Source: an uncultured Acidobacteriota bacterium (GTDB lineage: Bacteria > Acidobacteriota > Thermoanaerobaculia > Multivoradales > UBA5704). From it: a DNA stretch of 64,000 bases. Each line of letters starts with the position of its first letter. Position 1 is the stretch's first letter. Below the pieces are notes generated by a model that worked only from the letters and a program-made list of their open reading frames with translations, did not search any database and was not told the DNA's origin. The translations under genes were made by a program, and so were the position numbers. Positions 23,133-33,027 of the stretch are shown piece by piece. The DNA lies in the NCBI GenBank assembly GCA_963700145.1, contig OY969474.1, positions 832,001-896,000 on the forward strand, read 5' to 3'.

Positions 23133-23423
23133 TCAGGACGCGGGCGTCGCCTCGCCGGTGCGAAAGCGCTCCGCCGACCGGGCGCGGGCCTTGGCCGCTT
23201 CGACCGCCCGATCGCGCGGCGGCGCGTTGGTCACCAGCGAGTCCAGCAGCTCCCGCGCCGCCCGCGCCACCTCGTCGACGGCGCGGTTGAAGGCGGCCTC
23301 GTTGGCCTTGGAAGGCTTGGTGAAGCCGCTCAGCTTGCGGACGAACTGGAGGGACGACGCCCGGACCTCGTCGTCCGAGGCGGGGGGAGCGAAGTTGTGC
23401 AGGGTCTTGATGTTGCGGCACAT
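23133..23423 (-). CDS. DUF2277 family small protein
   Basis: MCRNIKTLHNFAPPASDDEVRASSLQFVRKLSG N-terminus, typical of this family. Confidence 0.8.
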   Translation of the reverse strand: MCRNIKTLHNFAPPASDDEVRASSLQFVRKLSGFTKPSKANEAAFNRAVDEVARAARELLDSLVTNAPPRDRAVEAAKARARSAERFRTGEATPAS

Positions 23424-23452
23424 GGGGAGATCCTCCGTCTGCCGCCATTTTA

Positions 23453-24700
23453 TCAGGCCGCGCCGAGGTAGGTCTCCGCCCACGCCAGGAGCGCCTGCTC
23501 GAAGACCTCGAGCGGCGGGCGCACCAGGCCGGCGCCGATCTGGCCGACGCCGGGGAGCTTGTGGGCGATGCCTGTGTTGACGCGCGGGGTGACGCCGAGC
23601 TCGACGACCTTGCGCAGGTCGATGCCGGTGGGGGCGCCGCGGAAGCCCAGGGCCGGGATCGTGAGCTGCGGGTTCTCGGCGGCGGTGATCTCGTACATCT
23701 CGAGGGTGGCGTGGAGGGCGTCTTGCGGAGTGCCGCCGATGAAGGTGACGATGGCCGGCGCGGCGGCCATGGCGAAGGCGCCGAGCCCCACCGTCTCGGT
23801 GATCGTGCTGTCGCCGATGTCGGGGTTGGCGTCGGCGCCGGAGAAGCCGGGGAAGTAGAGGCCTTGCGGCACGGTCGCCGGGGCGGTGAACCAGCGCTCG
23901 CCGAGGCCGCTGACGCGGATCCCGAAGTCGGTGCCGTTGCGCGCCATGGCGGTGACGATCGTGCTCTCGGCGACGCCGTGCGCGGCGTCGGCCATCGCCT
24001 TGCACGCCGCCATCAAGGGGTTCAAGACCGAGAGCGCGTTGCCGCCCAGGAAATCGAGGACCGCCGCGGCGGTCTCGGCGTCGCGGGCCGCGCGGGCGAG
24101 GTGCGGCGCCAGCGCTTTGAGCATCAGCAGCGACCCGGCGCGGTTGCGGTTGTGCCCCTCGTCGCCCATGGTCAGCGCCTCGGCGGCGAGGGCCTTCATG
24201 TCGATCCCGCCGGCGCGCTCGACCGCCTCCCCCACCAGCGGCGCCAGCGTGTCGTTGATCCAGCGCAGCCGCGCCAGCACCTCCTCGGAGTAGGCGCCGT
24301 AGCGCAGCACCTTGCCGTACCCCTCGTTGAAGTTGGAGAAGGCGCGGCCGCCGTGCTCGGCGTCCTCGACGACGTAGAGCTGCATCGACGGCGAGATCAC
24401 CCCCGCCATCGGCCCCACGGCGGCGTGGTGGTGGCAGGGCTCGAGCGCCACCTCGCCGCGCTCGACCAGCGCCTCCGCCGCCGCCTCGTCCGCAGCCAGC
24501 CCCTCGAAGAGGAGGGCGCCGACGACCGCGCCGCGCAGCGGTCCCGAGGCGCGCGCCCACTCGATCGGCGGCCCGGCGTGGAGGAGGAGCCCGGGGCGGA
24601 AGCCCGGGATGACCTCGTCCGCGCGCCCGACCGCGACGAGGCGCGGCCGCGCGGCGAGCAGCCGGCCGACGGCGGTTTCGTTGGCTTTGTTGACGCTCAT
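23453..24700 (-). CDS. DUF1116 / YlbE-YahG-like protein (oxamate carbamoyltransferase subunit-like)
   Basis: LLHAGPP, PCHHHAAVGPMAG, MGDEGHNRN, MARNGTDFGI, DIGDSTITET, NTGIAH; ATG at 24700. Confidence 0.85.
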   Translation of the reverse strand: MSVNKANETAVGRLLAARPRLVAVGRADEVIPGFRPGLLLHAGPPIEWARASGPLRGAVVGALLFEGLAADEAAAEALVERGEVALEPCHHHAAVGPMAGVISPSMQLYVVEDAEHGGRAFSNFNEGYGKVLRYGAYSEEVLARLRWINDTLAPLVGEAVERAGGIDMKALAAEALTMGDEGHNRNRAGSLLMLKALAPHLARAARDAETAAAVLDFLGGNALSVLNPLMAACKAMADAAHGVAESTIVTAMARNGTDFGIRVSGLGERWFTAPATVPQGLYFPGFSGADANPDIGDSTITETVGLGAFAMAAAPAIVTFIGGTPQDALHATLEMYEITAAENPQLTIPALGFRGAPTGIDLRKVVELGVTPRVNTGIAHKLPGVGQIGAGLVRPPLEVFEQALLAWAETYLGAA

Positions 24701-25437
24701 GCGGCCTCCGCCCGCTCGCGGACGGCGCGCAGCCACATCCGGCGGATCAGGGCGCTTCCCGGGTAGATCACGCGCCAGTAGGCGGCGAAGCTGCGGCGGG
24801 CGTCGGGGCTGGTGGCGAAGACGCGGGTCTCGGTCGTCAGCAGGCACCAGCCCGCGTCCTCGTCGGCGACGTGGAAGTTGATCGTCGCCTTGGCGTAGCC
24901 GGGGCGCGTCAGCCGCAGGAAGTCCTGCGGTCCGTGCTTGCCTGGGGCAACGCGGCCGACGACCACGGTCCCGAGGACGATCTCGCGCTCCGGCTCCTCG
25001 GCAAGGAGGAGGAAGCCGGAGCGCTGGGCGACTTCGAGGATCGGTGTCTCGGGCGCCGGCGCCAGGATGCTCTCCGCGCGCCGCACCAGGCTCGGTGACC
25101 GCAGCCAGGTGAGCAGGCGGAAGAGACTGATCTCGTCGGCGGTGACCGACTTGACGGCGGCGTAGACACGCTCGCGCGGCGCCTGCACGCGCAGGGCGTG
25201 GAACTCGCGGAACTGCCACTCGGGCATGAAGTCGTCGAGGAGCGTGGCGCGGGCCAGGGCCCGGCGGGTGGGCGCCGGCAGCGCCAGGCCGGCGACGACG
25301 AGGACCAGCCCGAGAAAGAGCACGCCCAGGCCGGCGCGGCGGCTTCGCACCCCGAGGAAGCGCAACGGCTTGAGCAGCGAGATCGCGCCGGCGAGCAGGA
25401 CCGCGAACCCCAGCCAGACGAGGACGATGCCCAGCAC
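24697..25437 (-). CDS. Membrane-anchored hypothetical protein (DUF2867-like)
   Basis: Two N-terminal TM helices; LLDDFMPEWQFREFH and TETRV...FAAYWRVI motifs; ATGA overlap with the next gene. Confidence 0.6.
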   Translation of the reverse strand: MLGIVLVWLGFAVLLAGAISLLKPLRFLGVRSRRAGLGVLFLGLVLVVAGLALPAPTRRALARATLLDDFMPEWQFREFHALRVQAPRERVYAAVKSVTADEISLFRLLTWLRSPSLVRRAESILAPAPETPILEVAQRSGFLLLAEEPEREIVLGTVVVGRVAPGKHGPQDFLRLTRPGYAKATINFHVADEDAGWCLLTTETRVFATSPDARRSFAAYWRVIYPGSALIRRMWLRAVRERAEAA

Positions 25438-25441
25438 GGTC

Positions 25442-27160
25442 TCAGCCTTTCATCCTGGCGAGGATGCCGGCCAGGCGCTCGTCGCCGCCGGCGGGCGGGC
25501 GCCAGTCGACCTGGACGGCGGCGGCGCCCTGGGCGACGAGGCTGGCGTGGAAGGACTCGAGGCCGACGTTGATCGCCGCCGGCGGGCCGGCGAGGTCGGC
25601 GAGCGGGACGGGGGGGCCGGCGGACGGATCGGCGGCCTCCGCGCGGCGCCGCCCGATCTCCAGGATCCACCAGCGCTCGACCATCTCCCCCACCGTGTGG
25701 ACCACCCGCGCGCCGGCCTCGCCGAGCGCCGCGGCCTGCCGCTCCAGCCCCTGCGGGTCCTCGTCGGTGCCGACGAGCAGCACGATCACCGCGAGCTCCC
25801 GGCCGTCCCGCGCCGCGGCGGCGCGCGCCTCGGCGATGGCGGGCGCCAGCTCGGCCGCCGGGTCGGGGTGGGCGCCCTCGCCGAGCACGACGTCGAGGAG
25901 GATCGCCGCGACCTCGGGGTCCGCCGCTTCCTGCCGCAGGCGGCGCAGGCGGAGGGCGTTGTCGAGCATCGGGTGCGGGCGGCCGACGGTCAGCTCGTCG
26001 TCGCCGAGGTCGAGGATGGTATGGGCGAGGCTCTTTCCCAGATCCTCGAGTTGGCGAACGCCGGGTGAAGAAAGATTCGAGTAGAGGGGTGTGGCGAGCG
26101 ACCGGACGGCGAGCAGTAGCTCGTTCGCAAGCGTGCCGCCGGCGAAGAGAGCGCGCAAGAAGCCCCCCCGCCCAGATCCCTCGCTACGCTCGGGATGACA
26201 AGGTAGGTGGTCCGCTGCGACGAGCTGCACCGCCTTCTCGGCCGCTTCGTCGAGCCCGCCGGTGAAGTGGAGGGTGCCCAACCGGCGCACCGGCAGTGGC
26301 ATCCCGAGGAAGCAGCAGATCACCGGCTTCCCCACCCTGCCCGCTTCACCCAGCAACCGCGCCACGACGCCGGAATCCGGAGGCTTCGAGATCAACACGA
26401 TCGCCCGCGTCCCCTCGTCACGCGCCAGCAGCTCCAGCGCCTGCGACGCCGTGGCGCCGCCGACTTCCGCTGAGAGGTCGTGCCCGCCGGTGCCGAGCGC
26501 CTGCGAGACGCCCGCGCCCAGCTCGTGGATCCGGCTCGCCACCGCCTGGAGGCCGGTGCCCGAGGCGCCGATCAGGCCGATGGCGCCGCGGCGCACGCGG
26601 TTGGCGAAGCCGAAGCCGACGCCGCCGACGATCGCGGTGCCGCAGTCCGGCCCCATGACCAGGAGCCCCTGCTCGCGCGCCGTCCGCTTGAGCTCGATCT
26701 CGTCGGCCGACGCCACGTTATCGCTGTAGAGGAAGACGTGGCGGCCGAGCCCGAGCGCCTCGCGCGCCACCGCCGCCGCGTAGCGCCCCGGCACCGAGAC
26801 GAGCACCCACCGCGCCTCGGGCAGCAGCTTGACCGCCGAGGCGAGCGTCCGCGGCCGGAAGACGCCGTCCGCCGCCGCCGCGGCGCGCGTTGCGAGCAGC
26901 GCATCCACCCGCCCCAGCGCCGCCTCCGCCGCTGCCGCGTCCGCCGCCTTGACCACCACCAGCAGGTCGTCCGCCCGCGCCCGCGCCGCCTCCTCCACCA
27001 GCAGCCCCGACGCCGCCAGCAGCTCGCGGTTCGCCTCCGTCCCCATCACCACTGCCGCGTCCGCCACCCCGGGCAGGTCGGCCAGCCCCGCCTGCAAGCG
27101 CATCAGCACCACCGAGTCGTGGTAGGCGCCCGAGCGCACGAGACACCTGGTGACCGTCAC
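25442..27160 (-). CDS. fdrA: FdrA acyl-CoA synthetase-like protein
   Basis: YHDSVVLM, VMGTEAN, SVPGRYA, SDNV, MGPDCGT, ASGTG, GTGGHDL, DLGDD..TVGRPHPM; C-terminal VDWRPPAGG. Confidence 0.85.
   Translation of the reverse strand: MTVTRCLVRSGAYHDSVVLMRLQAGLADLPGVADAAVVMGTEANRELLAASGLLVEEAARARADDLLVVVKAADAAAAEAALGRVDALLATRAAAAADGVFRPRTLASAVKLLPEARWVLVSVPGRYAAAVAREALGLGRHVFLYSDNVASADEIELKRTAREQGLLVMGPDCGTAIVGGVGFGFANRVRRGAIGLIGASGTGLQAVASRIHELGAGVSQALGTGGHDLSAEVGGATASQALELLARDEGTRAIVLISKPPDSGVVARLLGEAGRVGKPVICCFLGMPLPVRRLGTLHFTGGLDEAAEKAVQLVAADHLPCHPERSEGSGRGGFLRALFAGGTLANELLLAVRSLATPLYSNLSSPGVRQLEDLGKSLAHTILDLGDDELTVGRPHPMLDNALRLRRLRQEAADPEVAAILLDVVLGEGAHPDPAAELAPAIAEARAAAARDGRELAVIVLLVGTDEDPQGLERQAAALGEAGARVVHTVGEMVERWWILEIGRRRAEAADPSAGPPVPLADLAGPPAAINVGLESFHASLVAQGAAAVQVDWRPPAGGDERLAGILARMKG
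26174..26200 (-). repeat. REP-like palindromic element inserted in frame in fdrA
   Basis: TGTCATCCCGAGCGTAGCGAGGGATCT, encoding CHPERSEGS, with an ATCCC/GGGAT stem. It resembles a widespread intergenic repeat unit. Confidence 0.6.
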
Positions 27161-28470
27161 GCCGACTCCGCGCCGGACGCCAGCGGCCCCTCCAGCTCAC
27201 CCGCCCAGGCCAGCAGCGCCTCGTCCCCCCACCAGCGGCCGATGAGCTGCACGCCGAGCGGCAACCCGTCGATCTCCCCGGCCGGCACCGCGATCGCCGG
27301 CAGGCCGGCGTGGGTCCAGGGGAGACTCATCGCCGGGTCGCCGGTGCGCTCGAGGCCGCGCGGCGCCGGGCCGGTGGCCGCCGGCGCGACCCAGAGGTCG
27401 AGCCCGTGCCGCTCCATGAGCTTGGCGAGCTCGCGGCGGAGCTGCCCGCGGCCGGCGAGGGCCCGCACCAGCGCTTCCTCTGACACCCGCTGCCCGCGCT
27501 CGATCAGCTCCGCGGTCTCCGGCCGGTACAGCTCCTTGTACTCGGCGTACCAGCGCTCGTGGACGCGCGCCGTCTCGGCGGCCATCGCCAGCCGGTGCCG
27601 CGCCTCGATCTCGTCCAGGTCGGCCATCGCCGCCACCCGCCGGACCTCCCACTCCCCCTCGCTCAGCCGATCGCACGTCGCACGGAAGCGCGCCAGCGCC
27701 GCCGGCTCGACGCGCTCCAGGTGCGGTCCCTCCGGCACCCCCAGCACCGGCCGCACCGGCCGCCGCGGGTTGCGGGCGTGGAGGCCGGTTCCCGGCGCCT
27801 GCCAGTGGCGGCAGAGGACCCGCGCCGCCGCCTCCACCCCCGCGGCGTCGGGGGCGAAGATCCCGACGTGGTCGAAGGACGGCGCCAGCGGCACGATGCC
27901 GTCACGCGGCACCCGGTCGTAGCTCGGCTTGTAGCCGGCGATGCCGCAGTAGGCCGCCGGGCGCAGCGTCGAGCCGATCGTCTGGCTGCCGAGCGCCAGC
28001 GGCGCCAGCCCCGCCGCCACCGCCGCCGCCGAGCCGCTGCTCGAGCCGCCCGGGGTGTGCTCCAGGTTGCGCGGATTGCGGGTCGGGCCGGGCGCGAAGT
28101 ACGCGAACTCGGTGGAGACCGTCTTGCCGACGATCAGCGCCCCCGCCGCCTTGAGCGCCGCGACCGCCGGCCCTTCCTCCCCCGCCAGCACCTCGGGGGG
28201 CAGGCGGCTGCCGGCACGCGTCGGGAAGCCCTCGACGTGGAAGATGTCCTTGATTCCAACCGGCACGCCGAAGAGCGGGGGCCGCGCCGCCGGCTCGGGG
28301 TAGCGCTCGAGGAGGGCCGCGGCCTCGCGGCGCAGGCGGGCGAACCGCCCCTCCTCGGGGAGGAAGGCCTGGACGGCGGGCTCGACCTCCTCGAAGCGGC
28401 GTTCGAGGAGGTCGAGCTGCTCGCTCAGGCTAGAAGAACGCCCGGGACGTGGCCCGGGCGCTACGGTCAA
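27157..28470 (-). CDS. Amidase (amidase signature family)
   Basis: GIKDIF, PGGSSSGS and GSQTIGST.RPAAYCG. The start is uncertain (TTG at 28470 overlapping the receptor stop). Confidence 0.85.
   Translation of the reverse strand: MTVAPGPRPGRSSSLSEQLDLLERRFEEVEPAVQAFLPEEGRFARLRREAAALLERYPEPAARPPLFGVPVGIKDIFHVEGFPTRAGSRLPPEVLAGEEGPAVAALKAAGALIVGKTVSTEFAYFAPGPTRNPRNLEHTPGGSSSGSAAAVAAGLAPLALGSQTIGSTLRPAAYCGIAGYKPSYDRVPRDGIVPLAPSFDHVGIFAPDAAGVEAAARVLCRHWQAPGTGLHARNPRRPVRPVLGVPEGPHLERVEPAALARFRATCDRLSEGEWEVRRVAAMADLDEIEARHRLAMAAETARVHERWYAEYKELYRPETAELIERGQRVSEEALVRALAGRGQLRRELAKLMERHGLDLWVAPAATGPAPRGLERTGDPAMSLPWTHAGLPAIAVPAGEIDGLPLGVQLIGRWWGDEALLAWAGELEGPLASGAESA
28439..28460 (-). terminator. Hairpin after the TonB-dependent receptor gene
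   Basis: CGCCCGGG-CCACGT-CCCGGGCG followed by TTCTTCT on the minus strand. Confidence 0.45.
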
Positions 28471-31400
28471 TGCCGGACCCTGAGCCCGAACTGGATCTGC
28501 CGCGGGTCGCCGGCGCCGCTCTGGACGGTCCCGTCGAAGTTGAAGACAAGGTTGGTCACCTCGGGGCGGCGGAAGTTGGGCTCGTCGAAGACGTTGAAGA
28601 CCTCGAAGATCGGCTGCAGCGTGAAGTTGCCGACCGCGAAGTCGCGCGAGATCCGCAGGTCGAGGCCGTTGTACTCGTTCTCCTTCCGCCCCAGGTTGCG
28701 GCGCGTGACGACGGCGTCGGCGGTGCAGCCGCCGGCCGGGGTGCGCTCCGAGCAGCGGTCCTGCGGCGTCGCCGCGTCGGTGCCATCGGCCTTGATCGAC
28801 TTGGGCTGCGCCGAGCGGTAGGAGTAGCGCAGGTTGACGTCGAGCGCCCACGGCGCCTGCCAGAGCAGCCAGGCGTTGACCCGGTGGCGCTGGTCGCGGT
28901 CGGAGTAGCTGTACTCCTTCTCGAGGTCGGTGATCTTGGCGTAACGGAAGCTGAAGGGGTCGCGCTCGTTGTCGTCGTCCGACTTGTCCTTGGAGTACGT
29001 GTAATAGGCCTGGAAGGCGAGACTCTCCGACAACCGTCGGGTGAGGCCGCCGGTGACCCCCCAGTAGCGGCTCTTGGCGTTGGAGGCGACCGTGGTCAGG
29101 GTGGCGATGCCGTTGATGCCCGCCGGCGCCAAACCGGTGCTCCAAGGCGAGCCGTAGAGCGGGTCGTTGCGGTTGAGGAAGCGCGTGACGTGATCGGTCT
29201 TGGCGTAGTTGCCCTTCAGCAGCCAGGTGTAGTTCTCGCCGAACTGCTGCTCGTAAGAGAGGCTGACGGCGGTGGTGCGCGGGTTCTTGAAGTCCTCGTC
29301 GAAGACGAAGACGTCGGGCAGGAAAGGCGAGCCGATCTGTGACTGCGGGATCAAGTTCGGGTACGCCGGCACCGGCCCGAGGATCCCGGTCAGGGCGCTG
29401 TTGCGGAAGAGCGTCTGGCCGATCGAGCCGTTGGTCGAGCGGGTCGAGGCGAGCGAGAGCCCCGGGATGCGCGCCGCGAACATGCCGGCGGTGAAGCGCA
29501 CGACCGAGCTACCGTCTCCCTCGGGGTCCCAACTGATCCCCAGGCGCGGCTGGATCATGTCCTCGTCGTCGGGGATGGTGCCATCCGAGGGGAAGCTGAA
29601 GCTGCCCTGAGCGGTGGTCACGGTCCTGCCGATGAACGGGGCGTAGAAGAGCTCCGACTTCGGGATGCGGTTGTCGGGCTGGAGCTGGGCCTCCCAGCGC
29701 AGGCCGTAGGAGATGGTCAGGTTCGAGCGCGGCTGCCACTGGTCCTGGAGGAACACCGCGGGCTCGTGCTGGCGGATCTTCTGCGTCCCCGCCTCCTCGA
29801 CCGTGTAGTCGCCGACGCCGGCCTGCTGCAGGTAAAGGAGGACCGGGCCGCCGACCGAAGTACCGGGCGGACAGGTGCCGTTCTCCGAGGTGGTCACGAA
29901 CGCGCCGGCGGCGTTGAAGCACTCGACGTAGTTGGGGTTGCGGGCGTAGTTGAGGAAGCCGTCGGTCGAGCCGAAGATGAAGCGCCCGTTGGCGAAGCCG
30001 ATGAAGGTCTGCGAGGAGACCACGTCGTTGTACTCGAGGCCGCCCTTGAAGGTGTGGTTGCCGCGCAGCCAGGTCAGGTTCTCGACCACCTGGAAGCGCT
30101 CGTCGTAGTACTCGACCGGGATGAAGAAGGGCATGCCGAAGCGGTAGGTGTTGCCGAAGTCGAAGGCGGTGTCGGGGAGCGGCCGGCCTGTCGAAGCGAT
30201 GATCGGGCCGTTGTAGGGGCGCGGCCGGTTCTCGTGCGCGAACTGCCCGCGCGCCTCGTTGAAAAGGCTGCCGGAAAGCGCCGAGTTGAGGCTGCCGGAG
30301 AACGAGTAGGAGTCATCCTTCTCGACGGCGTTGGCGCTCCGCCCCCAGGAGTCGACGTCGAAGGTGCCGTTGACCTGCTCGGAGTCGGTGTAGGAGTAGC
30401 GCAGGGTGGCGATGTTGTTCTCCGTGGCCAGCCAGTCGAGCTTGGCGAGGGCCACCGCGGCGTCGTTGGTGCGGCCGATCGCACCGTTTTCGGCCGCGCT
30501 GCCGATCGAGGCGAAGTAGTTGACGACGCGCGGCTCGATGCGGCTGGGGTCGAGCTGCTTGGTCTTTTCGGCGTCCTGGATGTCGGCCGAGAGGAAGTAG
30601 AAGAGCTTGTCGCGCTTGAGCGGCCCGCCGAGCGTGAAGCCGTACTGCTTCTGCTCGGACTCCCCGAGGTCGGCCTTGCCGCCGCCGGGCGCCGCCGGGT
30701 CGGAGGAGAGGCTGTCGTCCTGGTAGAAGAGGTGGGCGGTCCAGTGCAGGTCGTTGGTCCCCGACTTGGTGATGACGTTGACGAAGCCGCCCGAGGAGCG
30801 CCCGAACTCCGCCGGCGCGCCGTCGGCCACCACCACCACCTCCTTGACCGCGTCGAGGTTGAAGGTGAAGGGCGGGCGCTGGCCGCCGCGCTGCTCGCCG
30901 AAGAAGGGGTTGTTGAAGTCGGCGCCGTCCACCGAGACGTTGTTGTGGATCCCCTTCTGGCCGTTGATCGACAGCTCGTCGCCGTCCGGCCCCTGGACGG
31001 TGGTCACGCCCGGCGTCAGCTCGGTGTAGTCGAGGAAGTTGCGGCCGTTGTTGGGCAGGCCTTCGACCGACTTCTCGTCGATGCGCGTGACGCCCTCGAC
31101 GCGCGTGGTCTCGACGACCGGCGCCGCGGCGGTGACGGTGATCTCCTGCTCGACGCCGACCTGCATGGTGAGCGTCAAGGTGACCGTCTGGCCGACGGCC
31201 AGCTCGATCCCCTCGCGCACCAGGGTCGCGAACCCGTCGAGGCTGACAGTGATGCGGTACGGGCCGAGCGGCAGCAGCACGGCCCGGAAGCGCCCCTCCG
31301 GCCCGGTGACGACGACCTGCTCGAAGTTGGTCGCCGTGTTGCGGAGGGTGACGGTCGCGCCCGGCAGGACGCCGCCGTCGGCGTCCACCACCGTCCCTTC

Positions 31401-31499
31401 GATGACGCCGGTGGTGGCCTGCGACTGCGCCCCCGCCGTCGCCGCGCAAGCGACGAGCAGGGCAAAGCCCAGCAAACCTGTACGCCAGGATCTCGACAT
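28467..31499 (-). CDS. TonB-dependent receptor with N-terminal carboxypeptidase-regulatory-like domain (Oar-like)
   Basis: Signal peptide; GTVVDADGGVLPGATV, LPNNGRNF, AEFGRSSGG..NVITKSGTN; terminal PRQIQFGLRV; GAGGAGG RBS before ATG 31499. Confidence 0.9.
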   Translation of the reverse strand: MSRSWRTGLLGFALLVACAATAGAQSQATTGVIEGTVVDADGGVLPGATVTLRNTATNFEQVVVTGPEGRFRAVLLPLGPYRITVSLDGFATLVREGIELAVGQTVTLTLTMQVGVEQEITVTAAAPVVETTRVEGVTRIDEKSVEGLPNNGRNFLDYTELTPGVTTVQGPDGDELSINGQKGIHNNVSVDGADFNNPFFGEQRGGQRPPFTFNLDAVKEVVVVADGAPAEFGRSSGGFVNVITKSGTNDLHWTAHLFYQDDSLSSDPAAPGGGKADLGESEQKQYGFTLGGPLKRDKLFYFLSADIQDAEKTKQLDPSRIEPRVVNYFASIGSAAENGAIGRTNDAAVALAKLDWLATENNIATLRYSYTDSEQVNGTFDVDSWGRSANAVEKDDSYSFSGSLNSALSGSLFNEARGQFAHENRPRPYNGPIIASTGRPLPDTAFDFGNTYRFGMPFFIPVEYYDERFQVVENLTWLRGNHTFKGGLEYNDVVSSQTFIGFANGRFIFGSTDGFLNYARNPNYVECFNAAGAFVTTSENGTCPPGTSVGGPVLLYLQQAGVGDYTVEEAGTQKIRQHEPAVFLQDQWQPRSNLTISYGLRWEAQLQPDNRIPKSELFYAPFIGRTVTTAQGSFSFPSDGTIPDDEDMIQPRLGISWDPEGDGSSVVRFTAGMFAARIPGLSLASTRSTNGSIGQTLFRNSALTGILGPVPAYPNLIPQSQIGSPFLPDVFVFDEDFKNPRTTAVSLSYEQQFGENYTWLLKGNYAKTDHVTRFLNRNDPLYGSPWSTGLAPAGINGIATLTTVASNAKSRYWGVTGGLTRRLSESLAFQAYYTYSKDKSDDDNERDPFSFRYAKITDLEKEYSYSDRDQRHRVNAWLLWQAPWALDVNLRYSYRSAQPKSIKADGTDAATPQDRCSERTPAGGCTADAVVTRRNLGRKENEYNGLDLRISRDFAVGNFTLQPIFEVFNVFDEPNFRRPEVTNLVFNFDGTVQSGAGDPRQIQFGLRVRH

Positions 31500-31589
31500 G
31501 TCCGGCCTCCTCGCCCGCGCGGGGCTCCGATCGGACTGCATTGAGATGGGAACGCTACGCGCCGACGATACGCCAGCGTCTATGGAGGG

Positions 31590-32087
31590 TCAAGGAAGCG
31601 GGGCCGGCGTGGCCCGCGCTTTCTCCGCCGCGCGCAGCACGGCGTCGACGATGTGCTGGTAACCGGTGCAGCGGCAGAGGTTGCCGGAAAGGGCGTGGCG
31701 GATCTCGTCCTCGGAAGGATTCGGGTTTTCTTCGAGGAAGGGGACGAGCGTCATCAAGAACCCCGGTGTGCAGAAGCCGCACTGCAGGGCGTGGCATTCC
31801 CAGAACGCCTCCTGGAGCGGGTGCAGCCGATCGGGGCCGGGGGCCAGGCCCTCGACGGTGGCGAGCTCATGGCCGTCGGCCTGGACGGCGAGGAGGAGGC
31901 ACGAGCGCACCGGCTCGCCGTCGAAGAGCACGGTGCAGGCGCCGCACACCCCGTGCTCGCAGCCGACGTGAGTGCCGGTGAGCCCCAGGTCGCGGCGGAG
32001 GAAGTCGGAGAGCAGGAGGCGCGGCTCGACCGCGCGCTCGTAGCGGCGGCCGTTGACGGTGACGGCGACCGGGCGAGGCTCGCTCAC
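31590..32087 (-). CDS. Molybdenum hydroxylase 2Fe-2S small subunit (CoxS-like)
   Basis: GCEHGVCGAC, QCGFCTPG, NLCRCTGY; GTG start overlapping the medium-subunit stop. Confidence 0.92.
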   Translation of the reverse strand: MSEPRPVAVTVNGRRYERAVEPRLLLSDFLRRDLGLTGTHVGCEHGVCGACTVLFDGEPVRSCLLLAVQADGHELATVEGLAPGPDRLHPLQEAFWECHALQCGFCTPGFLMTLVPFLEENPNPSEDEIRHALSGNLCRCTGYQHIVDAVLRAAEKARATPAPLP

Positions 32088-32968
32088 GCTCGCGCCTCCC
32101 CGGCCCGCTCGACCGCGCGCTTCAGCGCGCGCACCGTCAGCACCTGCGTCAGGTGCCGCTTGAAGGCGGCGGAGGCGTGGAGGTCGCCGGTCGGGTCGAT
32201 CTCCTCGCGCGCCACCGTTTCCGCCGCGGCGGCGATGGCCTCTTCCGTCGGCACCTCGCCGGCGAGCTGCGCCGCGGCGCGCGCCGCCACGACCGGCTTG
32301 TCGCCGACGCTCAGGAACGCCAGCCGCGCTTCGCGGCAGCGGCCGCCCTCCTCCAGTGTCACCAGCGCCGCCACCCCGACCTGCGCGTAGTCGCCGTGGC
32401 GGCGGGCCACCTCCATGAACGCCCAGCCGGTGCGCGGCGGCAGCGGCGGCAGCTCGACCTCGACCAGCAGCTCTTCGGGCGCCATGTCGGTGGCGAAGAG
32501 GCCGCCGAAGAAGCGCTCGGCCTCGACCCAGCGCTCGCCGCCGGCGCGCTGGAGCCGGAAGCGGGCGCGCAGGGCGACAGCGACCGCCGGCAGCTCGGCG
32601 GCGGGGTCGGCGTGCGCCAGGCTGCCGCCGACGGTGCCGCGGTTCCGGATCTGCGGGTGGGCGATGTGCGGCACCGCCTCGGCGAGGAGGGGCGCCAGCT
32701 CCGCCACCAGCGGCTCGCGCTCCAGCCGCCGCTGCCGGGTCATCGCCCCGATCGCCAGCCCGCCGGCCGCGGTGCGCCGCACGTAATCGAGCCCCGGCAG
32801 GCGGTTCAGGTCGATCAGGGTCGCCGGCTGCGCCAGCCGGAAGTTCATCACCGGGATCAGGCTCTGGCCGCCGGCCAGGACCTTGGCGTCGCCGCCGTGG
32901 CGCGCCAGCAGGTCGAGCGCGGCGCCCAGGGAGTCCGGGGCCTCGTAGGCGAAGGGGGCCGGCTTCAT
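32084..32968 (-). CDS. Molybdenum hydroxylase FAD-binding medium subunit (CoxM-like)
   Basis: MKPAPFAY, LAGGQSL, IRNRGTVGGSLAHADP, ARRHGDYA. Confidence 0.92.
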   Translation of the reverse strand: MKPAPFAYEAPDSLGAALDLLARHGGDAKVLAGGQSLIPVMNFRLAQPATLIDLNRLPGLDYVRRTAAGGLAIGAMTRQRRLEREPLVAELAPLLAEAVPHIAHPQIRNRGTVGGSLAHADPAAELPAVAVALRARFRLQRAGGERWVEAERFFGGLFATDMAPEELLVEVELPPLPPRTGWAFMEVARRHGDYAQVGVAALVTLEEGGRCREARLAFLSVGDKPVVAARAAAQLAGEVPTEEAIAAAAETVAREEIDPTGDLHASAAFKRHLTQVLTVRALKRAVERAGEARA

Positions 32969-33027
32969 CGGGAGCGCGGATTCTACACGTGCAACTTCCC
33001 GCCGCCGCCGCCCGTAGTCCGAAAGAC

